A stretch of 63,975 nucleotides of DNA, counting the filler, from an uncultured bacterium (GTDB lineage Bacteria > CAYJOG01), in the NCBI GenBank assembly GCA_964371695.1. It is 13 parts of 13 records of this genome, joined end to end, with 100 filler letters (N's around TTAATTAATTAA, not from the genome) between each part and the next. Parts side by side here need not be neighbours in the genome. Positions count along the whole stretch, not along the records: positions 1 to 4,980 come from CAYJOG010000249.1; positions 5,081 to 10,034 come from CAYJOG010000250.1; 11 more parts are not named here. One strand, 5' to 3'. A program made the translations under genes and the position numbers. Below the pieces are notes generated by a model. The model was not told the DNA's origin and did not search any database. It worked only from the letters and a program-made list of their open reading frames with translations. Below, piece by piece: positions 1-8,705 of this stretch (positions within the stretch are counted from its first letter, which is position 1; each line of letters begins with the position of its first letter).

Positions 1-54
1 CATTCAGGGCGGGGCTTTCAGGCGATGTCTGACCCATCAACTCCGAAAATGCTC
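1..54. repeat. End of MITE-like element (GAGCATTTT-terminus family), truncated by window start
   Basis: ttcaggcgatgtctgacccatc...ccgaaaatgctc recurs as reverse complement at 34972-35008; terminus ..GAAAATGCTC shared with copies ending at 20573 and 49971 and starting at 30012. Confidence 0.7.
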
Positions 55-1769
55 TAATCCACCCGTGCTTTTTGCTGTTCAATTTCCATCAGCCGCAGTT
101 GCATGTCTTTCAGCGGCATCAGGTCGCCCTTGCGGCCCGCCACGGCAATGCCCTGCTGAAAAACTTCTGCCGCCTCTGCGGCCTCACCCGCCGCCGCCAG
201 CGCCTTGCCCAGCGCCAGATACGACGCGGAATGGTCTTTTTGCACCAACACCGATTTTTTCAGATAACCCACGGCGTTTTCGGGTTCTCCCAGACTCAGA
301 AAAGCCCCTCCCAGGCCAAAGTTTGCCAGGGGGTCGTCCGGGTCCATCTCCAGCACTTCACGAAACATGGCCATGCGCTCCAGCAGTTGCTGCTTTTCTT
401 CAACCTGACGGGCGCTGGCTTCGCGCTCCTGGCGGGCCTTGGCGGCGGCGGCCCTGAACTGCAACGCCGTGGCGCGGGCCTTGGCGTCTTCGGCTTCCTG
501 AATCAAACCCTTTTTCATGTAATAAAGGCTCAGGTTGGTCTGGGCCATCACCTCGTCTGGGTTTAACTCGGCCAGGTGGTGCATCAGGGAGATGGCCTCG
601 TCCAGTTGTCCCTGCCGGGCCAGAATCACCCCCAAGGCTTCATAGGCATTGGCGAAGGTGGGGGCAAGGGCCACGGCGCGGCGCAGCAGCGTGATGGCTT
701 CTTCTTCTGAAACCCCCGTGAATTCATCCAGGGCATTTTCATAAAGCTGACGGGCTTCTGCCTGCGCGCCTGCCCGCTGATAAAAAGGCAGCAGTTGCAC
801 GGCGGCCGTGAGCACACCCCTTGGGGTGTCAAAACTCACGGTGCGCCCCGGCACACGCCATTCCTTTTTGAGTGAGGCGATGGCGATGGGGCCAAACTGC
901 GGGCTGTGGGTGTGGCTGGTGACTTCTCCCGCCAGTTGCCCCCCAACTTCCAGGCGCAGGCCAGTTTCAAAGGCCGGGCCGTTTTTCCACACCAGACCCA
1001 TCAGGCCACGGGGGGCGGTGCCATAGGTTTTCAGTCGGGCCACCACCTCTTGTCCCAGATAACAACCTTTGGTGTAACTCACGGCGATGTGTTCCAGGCC
1101 TGTTTCGGCGATGAGTGTTTTTTCGTGGGTGTCCAGACCCAGGCGCACGTTGCCCGCCTCGATGCGTGCGGTTTCCGCCAGTTCATCGTTGAGTTGGGGG
1201 AGATTCTCAAAAAAGGAAATCAGTGGGTGTGATTCTGGCAGCCAGGCATAAATCACCTGCTCGCCCAAAACGTGCGCCGAAAAAAACAGGCCAGAGTTTT
1301 CAGCCGGTGTTGGGGTTTCGGCATGACACCACAAGCCAGTGGCCAACAGCGGCAAAGCGGGACAGGCCGCCCGAAGCGACAGCAGCGCCTCCGGGCCAGC
1401 CACGGCCAGCAGACAACCCGCGGACAACGGCGTCTGTTGATAGTCCTCCGTGAAATGGAACTGTTCCAGGTGGCTGGCCATCATCGCCAGACCTTCTTCT
1501 TCACCCAGAAAATAAAATCCGTCCGCCAGTCGCCAGCACAGGGCCAGGGTGCGCAGGCGGCCTTTGCGGTCCAGCAGCGTGGTCCATTGGCCCTCCCCCT
1601 CGCCCAGGGCCACGATGTCGTTACTCAACTGACTTTGCAGATAGGCCGCTGCGTCGTGGCCAGACATGCGCCAAAGAGTCAGTGCGGAGGTGTTGAGTCC
1701 GCAGTGGCTTTCGCGCAGGTCGGCCAGTGTGGCCGGGGAAGTTTTCATCGGTGAATTGTAGAGAGACAT
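54..1769 (-). CDS. ygfZ: YgfZ/GcvT-family folate-binding Fe-S/tRNA-modification protein fused to C-terminal TPR repeats
   Basis: G.DA..YLQSQLSND N-terminus, signature KGCYLGQEVVAR, followed by ~230 aa of TPR helices (A/L/G pattern); ATG 1769 with GAGG RBS chosen over TTG 1790. Confidence 0.9.
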   Translation of the reverse strand: MSLYNSPMKTSPATLADLRESHCGLNTSALTLWRMSGHDAAAYLQSQLSNDIVALGEGEGQWTTLLDRKGRLRTLALCWRLADGFYFLGEEEGLAMMASHLEQFHFTEDYQQTPLSAGCLLAVAGPEALLSLRAACPALPLLATGLWCHAETPTPAENSGLFFSAHVLGEQVIYAWLPESHPLISFFENLPQLNDELAETARIEAGNVRLGLDTHEKTLIAETGLEHIAVSYTKGCYLGQEVVARLKTYGTAPRGLMGLVWKNGPAFETGLRLEVGGQLAGEVTSHTHSPQFGPIAIASLKKEWRVPGRTVSFDTPRGVLTAAVQLLPFYQRAGAQAEARQLYENALDEFTGVSEEEAITLLRRAVALAPTFANAYEALGVILARQGQLDEAISLMHHLAELNPDEVMAQTNLSLYYMKKGLIQEAEDAKARATALQFRAAAAKARQEREASARQVEEKQQLLERMAMFREVLEMDPDDPLANFGLGGAFLSLGEPENAVGYLKKSVLVQKDHSASYLALGKALAAAGEAAEAAEVFQQGIAVAGRKGDLMPLKDMQLRLMEIEQQKARVD

Positions 1770-1860
1770 GGTTGGAACCTCGAAAAACAAGCAGGATTTT
1801 TGGTGTTTCAGGATGTTCCGCTAGACTCAAAGCGCAGGGTGTTCACCTGCGGGAGGAACC

Positions 1861-2232
1861 ATGTCCGACGCCATTCAAACCATCACCGTCAAACCCACCG
1901 GCGGCAATCTGGTGGCGCTCACGCCAGAGGCCGTGGCCGAGGTGAAGCGTCTGGTGGACATGCCGGATCACCACGAGGGGCGGGCCCTGCGCCTGGGCGT
2001 GAAGGGCGGGGGCTGTTCTGGCCTGAGTTATCTGCTCAAATTTGATGAACCGGTGGAAAATGACCACGTGCTGGAACAGGAAGGCGTGACGGTGGTGATG
2101 GACCGGAAAAGCGCCATTTATCTCAAGGGCCTGGAGGTGCATTTTCAGTCGGGCCTGGAGGGCAAGGGGTTTGTGTTCCGCAACCCCAACGCCAGCAACA
2201 CCTGCGGCTGCGGCGAGAGTTTTTCGGTGTGA
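1861..2232 (+). CDS. iscA: A-type Fe-S carrier (IscA/SufA/ErpA, HesB family)
   Basis: GGGCSG and CGCGESF motifs; GGAGG RBS. Confidence 0.95.
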   Translation: MSDAIQTITVKPTGGNLVALTPEAVAEVKRLVDMPDHHEGRALRLGVKGGGCSGLSYLLKFDEPVENDHVLEQEGVTVVMDRKSAIYLKGLEVHFQSGLEGKGFVFRNPNASNTCGCGESFSV

Positions 2233-2235
2233 GGA

Positions 2236-2325
2236 ATTTAAAATGAGTAGCAGCGATGTCTCCATCGCTGCTGTATTGGTGCGGTGCGGACACCGTCCAT
2301 GCTCCTCATATTTAAACGGATGAAC
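2236..2325. repeat. GTAG-type REP doublet (REPIN-like)
   Basis: GTAGcagcgatgtctccatcgctgct hairpin plus second hairpin; near-identical copy at 22528-22626. Confidence 0.75.
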
Positions 2326-2335
2326 GACTGGCCGG

Positions 2336-4858
2336 TTACGGCCCGAACAGCAGCTCCTGGTGCAACACCTTGCGAATGGACTTTTCATCTTGCAGGGCGG
2401 GGTGATATTTGCCGCCGAGCCAGTCGGGCAGCTGATTTTTGAAGAACTGGTCCTTGGGGTCCATGCTCTGGCCCAGGGTGTTGGTCATGTATCCCACCGG
2501 GCCGTTTTTGGTGTATTCCACAATCATGCGCATGGAGGGGCCGTGTACCTGGGTGAACTTCACCTGACTGCCGTCGCGGTAATTCGCGCCGGCTTCATTC
2601 AGGCTGTCGCCTGCGGCCTCGGTGGGGTATGGGCCGAGGGTGAGTTTTTCTTCAATGCCCGGCAGGTCGTCCAGCAGGCTGGGGAAGTAGGCCACGTGGG
2701 CGATGCCCCAGGCCCACTTTTTGGGGTCAGGGCCATAGGTTTTCACCAGTTCGGCCACTGTCCAGTGAAAAATCTCAATGGCTTTTTTCCGGGGGCCAAG
2801 TTTTTTGAGGGCGTCGTCTCCCCACAGCATGGGGGCCTTGCCCAGCAGCAGCAGATTTAGCACGGGAGAAAGCGTGTTGTTTTTGGGGTGACCCATTTCG
2901 TTGTCGCCCAGCAGGGGTTTGCCAATGATTTCGTTGATGGATTTCTGCCACCAGGCGGTAAAAATTGTGGCGGCGGAGCTGGTTTTGGTGGCGTGGTAAT
3001 CCCAGCTTTTCAGCAGGGCCACCGCCTTTTTTTCGTGGGCGTCGAGTTTTTCATTTTTGAGAAGGCCCAGCAGGGTGGGGTTGAGCATGGCGGCCACGTT
3101 GTGGCGGTTGTCCATCTGCATGGACATGTTGTCCTGCACGGTGATCTTGTGTTTTTTGGCTTTCCACGCGTTCACCATCTGCCAGCCCCTTTTCACGCGA
3201 TAGGGGTGCATGATGAAGGGGTTGATTTCGTATTTGTAGCCGGTGTCCGGGTCCATGGTGGCGCTGTTGGCGGTGATGATGAAACCGTCCTTCGGGTTCA
3301 TGGTGTGGGGCATTTCCTCAAAGGGCACGTATTCGCCGGTCCAGTCGTGGGCGTCGGTGGTGCCGTCTCCCACGCGGATACCCCGCCAGCCCGGTTTGCG
3401 CAGTGGCGACTTGGTGCCGCTGCGATAACCGATGTTGCCCAGCCTGTCGGCGAAGACAAAGTTCTGCCCTCCGGCGTGGAACTCTCGCAGGGCTTCATCA
3501 AACTCCGTGGCGTTTTTTGCGATGTTAAAACCCGCTGCGGCGTTGATGATGTTGCCGATGGGCAGGTGGCCTGTCCATCGAAAGCTGTGGGCCTCTTTGG
3601 TTTCGGCGTTGATGTCGGTGATCGGCCCCCGGTGGGTGAGGAAAATCTGGAACGGCTCCTTCTTTTTTGCACCGATGTTGTTGACCCAGATGGGGCTTTC
3701 GATGACCTGCAGGGGAACCCATTTGCCGTTGAACCAGTAGCTCTTGAGGTCGTCGCTGAGTTTTTCCTTCCAGACATCGGTGGCGTTGGGGTTGAGCACG
3801 GTGGCGCTCCAGGCCACATTGGGAGTGAAGCCGATAATGGGCATGGGGGAACCAGGGAAAAACACGCCATGGGTCTGTATTTCGGGAGCCTTCAGTTGCG
3901 CCTCACACCAGATGGCCGGTGACATCAGCCCCATGTGGGTGTCGCCCGCCACGATGGGTCCGCCGCTTTTGGTGAGTTTGCCGTGGAACACCCAGTTGTT
4001 GGATCCCGCCTGGCCCGTCTGGATGGGAAAAATACCCCCTACGTTCAGGGCGCGCTGGCGGCTGCTTTCCAGAAAAGCCATTTCGGCGGCGGCGGGTTTT
4101 TTCGTCAGGTTTTTTGAACCAGTTTTTTCGGTGGGAGACAGGCTGGTTTTGGGTTTTGGCCCCAGCAGGATTGGGTCGGTGATGTCCTTGCGCCTGAGCG
4201 CACCCGGAGACTTCAGGGTGTCCAGAAGTATCTGCAGGAGCTTTTCACCGTTCTCCTCGCCCACCATCTTGGCGGCTTTTTCAATCATGTAGTCGTCACC
4301 ATGGTTGGCGCTGAGCGCCCAGGCCATAAAGGCCCCGATGGCGGCTGTGTCCAGGGGTTTCCATGGCTCGGCCTTGGTCACCGCCATGGTGTAAAGCTTG
4401 TGGGGGCGGAAGTTTTTGCTTTTGAGCCAGGCGTTCACACCCTGTGAGAAGGCCTCCAGGCCTGCCTTGGCGCGGGGTTGGGCGGTGTCTACCTGATACT
4501 GTGCCATTTGCCACAGCAGGGTTTTGCGCTGGTTCTTGTCGTGCTCCAGCATTTTGGGGCCACCCAGTTCCGAGAGGGTGCCGAGCGCGTTGCGGCGGGC
4601 GAATTCCAGCATCAGCCAGCGGTCCCGCGCCTGAAGCCAGCCCACCACGCGAAACACGTCCAGTTCGTTTTTTCCCTCGATGTGGGGAATGCCCCATTTG
4701 TCCACCAACACGGTGACGGGGGCGGTGAGGATGTCCAGCTTGAGAGTTTCTTTTTGTGGGGCAGCGGGGGCCGCCGCCATGGCGGCGACGGGCAGCGCCA
4801 GGGAAAGGCAGAAGGAAAAAACAAAGAGCCTGTGCCAAAACTGGGCCATGTGAAACAT
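2336..4858 (-). CDS. Penicillin acylase family Ntn-hydrolase (AHL-acylase/PvdQ-like), secreted
   Basis: DKWGIPHI, QARDRW, catalytic beta-chain start GSNNW, GD(T)HM, terminal GPSMR..V and GQS; N-terminal signal peptide; start 4858 or 4849. Confidence 0.92.
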   Translation of the reverse strand: MFHMAQFWHRLFVFSFCLSLALPVAAMAAAPAAPQKETLKLDILTAPVTVLVDKWGIPHIEGKNELDVFRVVGWLQARDRWLMLEFARRNALGTLSELGGPKMLEHDKNQRKTLLWQMAQYQVDTAQPRAKAGLEAFSQGVNAWLKSKNFRPHKLYTMAVTKAEPWKPLDTAAIGAFMAWALSANHGDDYMIEKAAKMVGEENGEKLLQILLDTLKSPGALRRKDITDPILLGPKPKTSLSPTEKTGSKNLTKKPAAAEMAFLESSRQRALNVGGIFPIQTGQAGSNNWVFHGKLTKSGGPIVAGDTHMGLMSPAIWCEAQLKAPEIQTHGVFFPGSPMPIIGFTPNVAWSATVLNPNATDVWKEKLSDDLKSYWFNGKWVPLQVIESPIWVNNIGAKKKEPFQIFLTHRGPITDINAETKEAHSFRWTGHLPIGNIINAAAGFNIAKNATEFDEALREFHAGGQNFVFADRLGNIGYRSGTKSPLRKPGWRGIRVGDGTTDAHDWTGEYVPFEEMPHTMNPKDGFIITANSATMDPDTGYKYEINPFIMHPYRVKRGWQMVNAWKAKKHKITVQDNMSMQMDNRHNVAAMLNPTLLGLLKNEKLDAHEKKAVALLKSWDYHATKTSSAATIFTAWWQKSINEIIGKPLLGDNEMGHPKNNTLSPVLNLLLLGKAPMLWGDDALKKLGPRKKAIEIFHWTVAELVKTYGPDPKKWAWGIAHVAYFPSLLDDLPGIEEKLTLGPYPTEAAGDSLNEAGANYRDGSQVKFTQVHGPSMRMIVEYTKNGPVGYMTNTLGQSMDPKDQFFKNQLPDWLGGKYHPALQDEKSIRKVLHQELLFGP

Positions 4859-4980
4859 GGCGTAATCGAAACAGGCTCTTGCGGGCCATGGATGGCCCGC
4901 TCCAAAAGCCGAAGTGTTGAAAACACTGAGGTTTTTGCCCGCCAAGGGGGCTTTGCCCCCGCTGGCGGTAAGTTTATAAA
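4826..4980. mobile_element. Multi-hairpin MITE copy (GAGCCTGT terminus), truncated at contig end
   Basis: Collinear with the complete copy at 20332-20514 (gagcctgt...acaggctcttgcg..ccatgg.tgg..gc..aaagccgaa...cgccaagggggctt(t)gcccccg). Confidence 0.75.
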
Positions 4981-5080
4981 NNNNNNNNNNNNNNNNNNNN
5001 NNNNNNNNNNNNNNNNNNNNNNNNTTAATTAATTAANNNNNNNNNNNNNNNNNNNNNNNNNNNNNNNNNNNNNNNNNNNN
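4981..5080. other. Artificial contig-join spacer (N44-TTAATTAATTAA-N44)
   Basis: Six-frame-stop linker; identical spacers at 10035, 15077, 20087, 25087, 30065, 35009, 39944, 44861, 49775, 54688, 59568; intervening contig lengths fall monotonically from 4954 to 4780. Confidence 0.99.
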
Positions 5081-5173
5081 GTGATCACCCGCGCCACACA
5101 GCGGGCACGTGCCCAGTTTGCCCCGCTGGGGTTGGGGAATGGGCCTGCCGCTGGAGGGGGAGGGTGCTGTCAC
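5081..5173 (-). CDS. Partial (5' end) protein with CPLCG zinc knuckle, typical of class I SAM methyltransferases in glycosylation loci
   Basis: GTG at 5173 reads VTAPSPSSGRPIPQPQRGKLGTCPLCGAGDH into the contig end. Confidence 0.4.
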
Positions 5174-5556
5174 GGGAGAGAAAACCTGCGCCACCGAAAG
5201 AATAACGGCAAATTGGGCCGCCGGGTTTATATCTGTCTACTAATTTTGATTCCAATTCGAAAAAGCATGAATTGGAATCTTTTTTGGCCTCGCCATTCGT
5301 CGTGAATGGCTGCGGCCCGGCGCGGCGCAGGCAAAGCCATCGCCGCACCGCGAACGCCTCCGGCGCTGACTGCGCCTCGGGGTTCGGGTCGAATTCATCC
5401 TTGAATTCATGCCAATTCTTCTCATCCCTTCCTGGTTTCATCATGGTTTCCTGTCGGTCGCCACTTCCGGCGGTTTCCCGCCATCTTGGTTTTGAATTGG
5501 CATGAAAAGCCGAAAAAGGATGCGCCCAGTTTTATGATGACCTGCGCCCATTCCCC

Positions 5557-7107
5557 ATGACCACCCCACCGCTTCAACACACGGCAACAACATTTTTCAC
5601 ACGGCAGGAGAAACTTGTGCTGCTTGGTCTCACGGCGCTGGCCTTGGGGCTGCGGTTGTGGCACCTGGGGGCGAGCGCCATCTGGGTGGACGAAGGGGTG
5701 TACCTGCACCACCTGCGGGATGGTCTGGGCCGCATTGTGCCCCATGTCCGCAAAGACGGTTACCCGCCCCTCTGGTTTTTTTATGCCTGGCCGTTTTTTG
5801 TGTGGGCCAAATCAGAGGCGGTGTTGCGCCTGAGCAGCGTGCTGCCCCTGCTGGGCAGCCTGTGGATGCTGCCGCTGCTGGCCCGGCGTCTGGGCCTGGG
5901 TCAGGCCGGTTTGTGGGCCGCCGCCCTGCTGGCGCTGTCGGCCTTCAGCCTGGAATACAGCCAGGGGCTGAAATACATCACCCTTTTTGACCTCACCTGT
6001 CTGGTGTGGTTCTGGGCGTTTCTGGGCTGGGCTTTTGAGGAGAAACCCCAAAAAACCGGGGCCGTTTTTGGCCTGTGGGTGGCGCTGGGGGCGCTTGCGC
6101 TATGGCAGCACTATCTGGCATTTTTTGCTTTGGCGTCTCAGGGGGTGTGGGTGCTGGGCTGGCGGCGGGGCCACTGGTGGCGTTTTGGTCTGGGGGCGGC
6201 GCTGAGCCTCATGGTGTTTTCACCCTGGGTGCTCACGTTTGGCAAACAGACGGGCCACCTGCTCAATTTTGTGGGGTGGGGGCCGCTGTCTGCGCATCTG
6301 AAAACCTTTCCTTTCTTGAGTTTTGCCGACGTGTTCCGCGCCTTCGCCGGGGGAAACTATCTGATGCTGTTGCCCCAAAACGTGCCGCTGCTGCTGTTGT
6401 GTTGCACCACGCAACTGGCGGCCCTGGTGGCGGCGTGGCCGGTGCTCAAACGCCAGCGGGCGGCGCTGCTGATTTTTCTGGCTGTGCCCATGTTGTGTGT
6501 GTGGGGCATGATGATGGCCTGGGGCTGGTTTTTTCACCCCCGTTATTTCAGTCAGGTGTTTCCGCTCTACGGCCTGTGGGTGGGGGCGGGGCTGGCCTGG
6601 GCCTGGGCCAAGCCTGGGGTCTGGGGGAAGGCGCTGGGGGTCTCGGTGTTATCGGGTGCGTTGTTGAGCGCGCTCAACTATCACCGGCTGATTCCCCAGA
6701 CTCCCAATGGCCGCACCGCGATTACGATGATTCAGCGGGAGTTTCGGGAGGGGGATGAAATCGTGGCCCAGCCGCCCTATATGGAACCCATCCTCTGGTT
6801 TTACTGGAAGAACCATCCGCCGGTGGAAAACTTTCATCACCCACGGGATTATCGCTTGGGTGTGACCCGCCCCATGACCCAGAAGTGGCTGGCGCAAAAA
6901 CGCCGCCGGGGAGTGAAAAGGGTGTGGTTGTATCAAGGGCTGGGCATCCGCAACCGTGCTGATCAAACGGGTGTCACCTACGCCGTTCTCAAACAACACA
7001 CCGTGCTGCTGAAGGAACAGGATTTTTATGCCTATCCAGTGAAGTTTGTCAAAGAAGGTCACTGGGCGTTGTTTGATTTGCAGGCCACGCCCGGCAGCGG
7101 AAATTAA
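5557..7107 (+). CDS. GT-C fold membrane glycosyltransferase (GT39/ArnT/PMT_2-like)
   Basis: LALGLRL..L...IWVDE, YPPL, RL.S, YSQ; many TM segments and a soluble C-terminal domain. Confidence 0.88.
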   Translation: MTTPPLQHTATTFFTRQEKLVLLGLTALALGLRLWHLGASAIWVDEGVYLHHLRDGLGRIVPHVRKDGYPPLWFFYAWPFFVWAKSEAVLRLSSVLPLLGSLWMLPLLARRLGLGQAGLWAAALLALSAFSLEYSQGLKYITLFDLTCLVWFWAFLGWAFEEKPQKTGAVFGLWVALGALALWQHYLAFFALASQGVWVLGWRRGHWWRFGLGAALSLMVFSPWVLTFGKQTGHLLNFVGWGPLSAHLKTFPFLSFADVFRAFAGGNYLMLLPQNVPLLLLCCTTQLAALVAAWPVLKRQRAALLIFLAVPMLCVWGMMMAWGWFFHPRYFSQVFPLYGLWVGAGLAWAWAKPGVWGKALGVSVLSGALLSALNYHRLIPQTPNGRTAITMIQREFREGDEIVAQPPYMEPILWFYWKNHPPVENFHHPRDYRLGVTRPMTQKWLAQKRRRGVKRVWLYQGLGIRNRADQTGVTYAVLKQHTVLLKEQDFYAYPVKFVKEGHWALFDLQATPGSGN

Positions 7108-8657
7108 CCCGCCTGCACCGTGACCATCGGCAAGTGTTTGAGCAACTGGTGGTTGCGCCAAGCCTTGGCCAGGCGGCTGCCCTTCAGGCGGTTGCGCGAG
7201 AGCAGCGAGGTAATTTCCTCCCAGGCGCGGGTGGGGCGCAGCAGCCAGTTCACGGCAAAAAAGCTCAGGTAACAGAACAGCACAAAGGCCCTCAACTGGC
7301 GGTGGCTGATGCGGGGGTTGAAAGACGACTGCTGGCCCAGGGAGAGCCAGTTGAAGAGGTTGTCGAAGTAGGCGTCATCGGCTGTGAGCTGCCCCGCCGC
7401 CACCATGTTGCGGAAGTCCTCCGATCCGGGCACGGGAGAAAAAGTGCTCACATTCACTTCGCGGAAACCCACCCGCGCCGCTTTCATCATCAGCCCCCAG
7501 GTGCGCCACAGGTGGCCCCAGGTTTCAAAGGGGAACCCCACAATCACAAACCCCTCCAGCGTCATGCCGTGGCGGATGATGCGTCGGGCGGCTTGAAGCT
7601 GGTTGTGCGTATTCACCCGTTTTTTGATGCGGTCCAGCACGTCGGCGTTGCCCGATTCCAGGGCAAAGGCCAGATTGCTGCAACCCGAAGACGCCATGGC
7701 GCGGGCCACGTCTTCGTCAATGCACTCGCTGCGGGTGCCGCTCACCAGTTGCCAGGTCACCTTCAGGTTACGTTTGTGAATTTCGTCTGCCAGTTCCAGC
7801 ACCCATTTTTTGTTCAGCACCGGCGTGAGGTCCGCCAGTTGAAAATCGGTGGCGCCGAACAGGCGGCCGTTCCGGGCCATTTCCTCGACCACGCTGGCGG
7901 GGGGCCGGGCCACCCAGCGGGTGGTCCAGGTGTTGGGGCTGGCGCAGAAGGTGCATTGATAGGGGCAGCCCCGCGTGGCCAGCATGGGCATGTAACGCCC
8001 ACGGTTCACCCCCATGCCGCTGTTGAGCGAAATGTAATTTTCCACCGGAATGTCTGACCAGTCGGGAAAGGGCAGGTCGTGAAGTTGCCGCATGCGCTCG
8101 CGGCGGCCCGTGTCGTGAAGGTTTCCCGCCGCGTCGCGCCATATCAAACCGGCAAGGGCCTGAAGACCCGCCTGTTGCAGAGACTGGCCCGCCGCCTCTT
8201 TTGCCCGCAGGGCGTCCCACAGCGCCACGGCTGTTTCCTCGCCCTCACCCATCACCAGCACATCCGCGCCGCTTTGTTCAAACACCAGTTGGGGCAGGGC
8301 GGTGGCGTGTTCCCCCCCCAGCACCAGCAGCGCCCCGGGCCGGTGCTGCCGCAGGAACAACAACAGGTGGCGCACCAGCGGCCAGGAACTGGAGAACATG
8401 CAACTCAGGCCGATGAGTTGCACGTCTTCAGGAATCAGGGCCAGGATTTCGGCGGGCGTGAGGCCGCGATAGGTGCGGTGTTCCAGGCGGAAGCCCCTGT
8501 CCAGCGCAAGACCCGCAGCATCTATCACCCTCACGTCGTGGCCCGCCTGTTTCAGCACGGCGCTGAGATAACCCGCCCACAGGGGCGGCATGGCGATGCC
8601 CGACACCACGTTGGCCGGTGACACACGAATGGGTGGGTTGATCAGAACGGAGCGCAA
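7104..8657 (-). CDS. B12-binding (class B) radical SAM enzyme, putative methyltransferase
   Basis: N-terminal cobalamin-binding domain (LINPP, PPL...YL, GGEH.T, GEGE) and TRGCPYQCTFC. Confidence 0.92.
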   Translation of the reverse strand: MRSVLINPPIRVSPANVVSGIAMPPLWAGYLSAVLKQAGHDVRVIDAAGLALDRGFRLEHRTYRGLTPAEILALIPEDVQLIGLSCMFSSSWPLVRHLLLFLRQHRPGALLVLGGEHATALPQLVFEQSGADVLVMGEGEETAVALWDALRAKEAAGQSLQQAGLQALAGLIWRDAAGNLHDTGRRERMRQLHDLPFPDWSDIPVENYISLNSGMGVNRGRYMPMLATRGCPYQCTFCASPNTWTTRWVARPPASVVEEMARNGRLFGATDFQLADLTPVLNKKWVLELADEIHKRNLKVTWQLVSGTRSECIDEDVARAMASSGCSNLAFALESGNADVLDRIKKRVNTHNQLQAARRIIRHGMTLEGFVIVGFPFETWGHLWRTWGLMMKAARVGFREVNVSTFSPVPGSEDFRNMVAAGQLTADDAYFDNLFNWLSLGQQSSFNPRISHRQLRAFVLFCYLSFFAVNWLLRPTRAWEEITSLLSRNRLKGSRLAKAWRNHQLLKHLPMVTVQAG

Positions 8658-8705
8658 CGAAAAAAGTATAGGGCGGGTGTGGAAATGGGCATTGTTTTGC
8701 CCGAT

